Of a stretch of DNA of 64,000 nucleotides, positions 62,916 to 64,000 are shown piece after piece. How positions within the stretch are numbered: position 1 is the first letter of the stretch; every line of letters starts with the position of its first letter. Made by a program: the position numbers and the translations under genes. Under the pieces are notes generated by a model. It had not been told where the DNA came from. It ran no database searches and worked only from the letters and a program-made list of their open reading frames with translations. Origin of the DNA: Hyphomicrobiales bacterium (lineage in GTDB: Bacteria > Pseudomonadota > Alphaproteobacteria > Rhizobiales > JAJFHB01). The stretch spans positions 49,839-113,838 of the forward strand of contig JAJFHE010000015.1 of assembly GCA_021775755.1 (NCBI GenBank), in the 5' to 3' direction.

Positions 62916-63536
62916 TCAGCCGCCGAGTGCGTCCGCGCCGCGCAGAAATGACAGGAGGGCAAGCAGCGGCAACCCGAGAATAGAAAAATAGTCCCCCTCG
63001 ATGTGCTCAAAAAGTTGGGCACCGAGGCCTTCCAGCTTGTAACCGCCGACCGAACTCAAAACTTCGTCGCCCATGGCGGCAAGGTAGCCACCCAGAAACT
63101 CATTTGAAAAGTCACGCATGACAAGGGCGGCAACGTCTTCATGCGACCACAGAATCTCTCCCCCGCGCGCGCAGACCACAGCCGTTATCAGCTCATGCCG
63201 TTTGCCGCGCAGCTTGATCAGCTGGTCACGCGCCTCATCGCGGGTTCCGGGTTTATCGAAGCGGATGCCCTCGCAAACAAGCACCTGATCGGCGCCGATA
63301 ACGAGGCGGCCCGCGGACTTTTCCGAAACGTCGAGCGCCTTCGCATGCGCCAGCAACATGGCGATATCCGCGGGTTTCAGGGACCGGTCGCCAGCACCAA
63401 GCGCGGCGCGGATAGATGGTTCGTCAATAGTTGCGGGCTTTATTTCAATGTCGAGACCGGCACCGCAAAGCAACGCCGCTCGAGCGGCGCTGGCGGATGC
63501 AAGGACAAGCGGTTCGCAGGTGAAGCGCGTTGTCAT
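62916..63536 (-). CDS. maf: Maf family nucleoside triphosphate pyrophosphatase
   Basis: [28 protein letters not shown]. Confidence 0.93.
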   Translation of the reverse strand: MTTRFTCEPLVLASASAARAALLCGAGLDIEIKPATIDEPSIRAALGAGDRSLKPADIAMLLAHAKALDVSEKSAGRLVIGADQVLVCEGIRFDKPGTRDEARDQLIKLRGKRHELITAVVCARGGEILWSHEDVAALVMRDFSNEFLGGYLAAMGDEVLSSVGGYKLEGLGAQLFEHIEGDYFSILGLPLLALLSFLRGADALGG

Positions 63537-64000
63537 GACTGGCCGGCGGCAGTGCGGTCATTATAGAGGTTGAGGATGGCGGCAGCGGTTTCTTCGATCG
63601 AACGGCGGGTCACGTCAAGCGTCGGCCAACCGTTGCGCTGCGACGTCAGGCGGGCGTGATTGATCTCTGCGGCAATGGCTTCTTTATCGACGTAATCGGT
63701 GACCGCCGATTCGTTGAGCGACAAGAGCCTGTTGCGGCGGATCTGCACGATACGTTCAACGCTTGCCAGAAGACAGATGATGAACGGCTTGGTGAGAGTC
63801 GTCAGAACTTCCGGCAATGGCACGCCTGGAACAATCGGGACGTTCGCGACCCTGATACCGCGGTTTGCAAGATAGATGCTGGTCGGCGTTTTGGACGTGC
63901 GGCTGACACCCACCAGAATGACCTCGGCTTCCGGGAGACCTTCGGGGTGTTGCCCGTCATCATGCAGCATGGTGTAGTTCAGCGAATCGATGCGTTTGAA
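63533..64000 (-). CDS. ppsR: PEP synthase/pyruvate,phosphate dikinase regulatory protein (5' end outside the window)
   Basis: [42 protein letters not shown]. Confidence 0.93.
   Translation of the reverse strand, partial: FKRIDSLNYTMLHDDGQHPEGLPEAEVILVGVSRTSKTPTSIYLANRGIRVANVPIVPGVPLPEVLTTLTKPFIICLLASVERIVQIRRNRLLSLNESAVTDYVDKEAIAAEINHARLTSQRNGWPTLDVTRRSIEETAAAILNLYNDRTAAGQS

Overview
GC-rich alphaproteobacterial (Hyphomicrobiales/Rhizobiales-like) chromosomal segment, probably just next to oriC. The backbone is conserved housekeeping: glnD-mutS-maeB-olsB-hybrid kinase, comM, gshB-yraN-rsmI-lpoA-like, hemW-rdgB-VOC-rph, hrcA-grpE-alkB-dnaK-dnaJ, dapB-gpmA-ada-nth, coaA-hisEFAHB, hslVU, smr-mltA-timA-fxsA-secB, dnaQ-coaE-aroE-maf-ppsR. 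Accessory or unusual material: (1) a stand-alone membrane-anchored collagen-like gene; (2) comM interrupted by one in-frame TAG at codon 39, behind an intact alpha-type LexA box; (3) a C30-carotenoid-type cluster (crtN-like, acyltransferase, GT2, aldehyde dehydrogenase) plus an ABC-2 exporter, with no synthase or CrtP-type oxidase in the window; (4) two related CTAG-ended, MITE-like palindromic elements whose internal 53-nt modules show compensatory base changes, one of which split a translationally coupled VOC-rdgB junction; (5) an amino-sugar/LpxD-paralog/glycosyltransferase cassette with a methyltransferase remnant; (6) a perfect CtrA box at the alkB/dnaK divergon and a DnaK with substitutions at normally conserved positions. 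No rRNA, tRNA, CRISPR array, integrase or transposase was recognised. All protein assignments come from motif recognition by eye, not database searches, and many start codons are best estimates.
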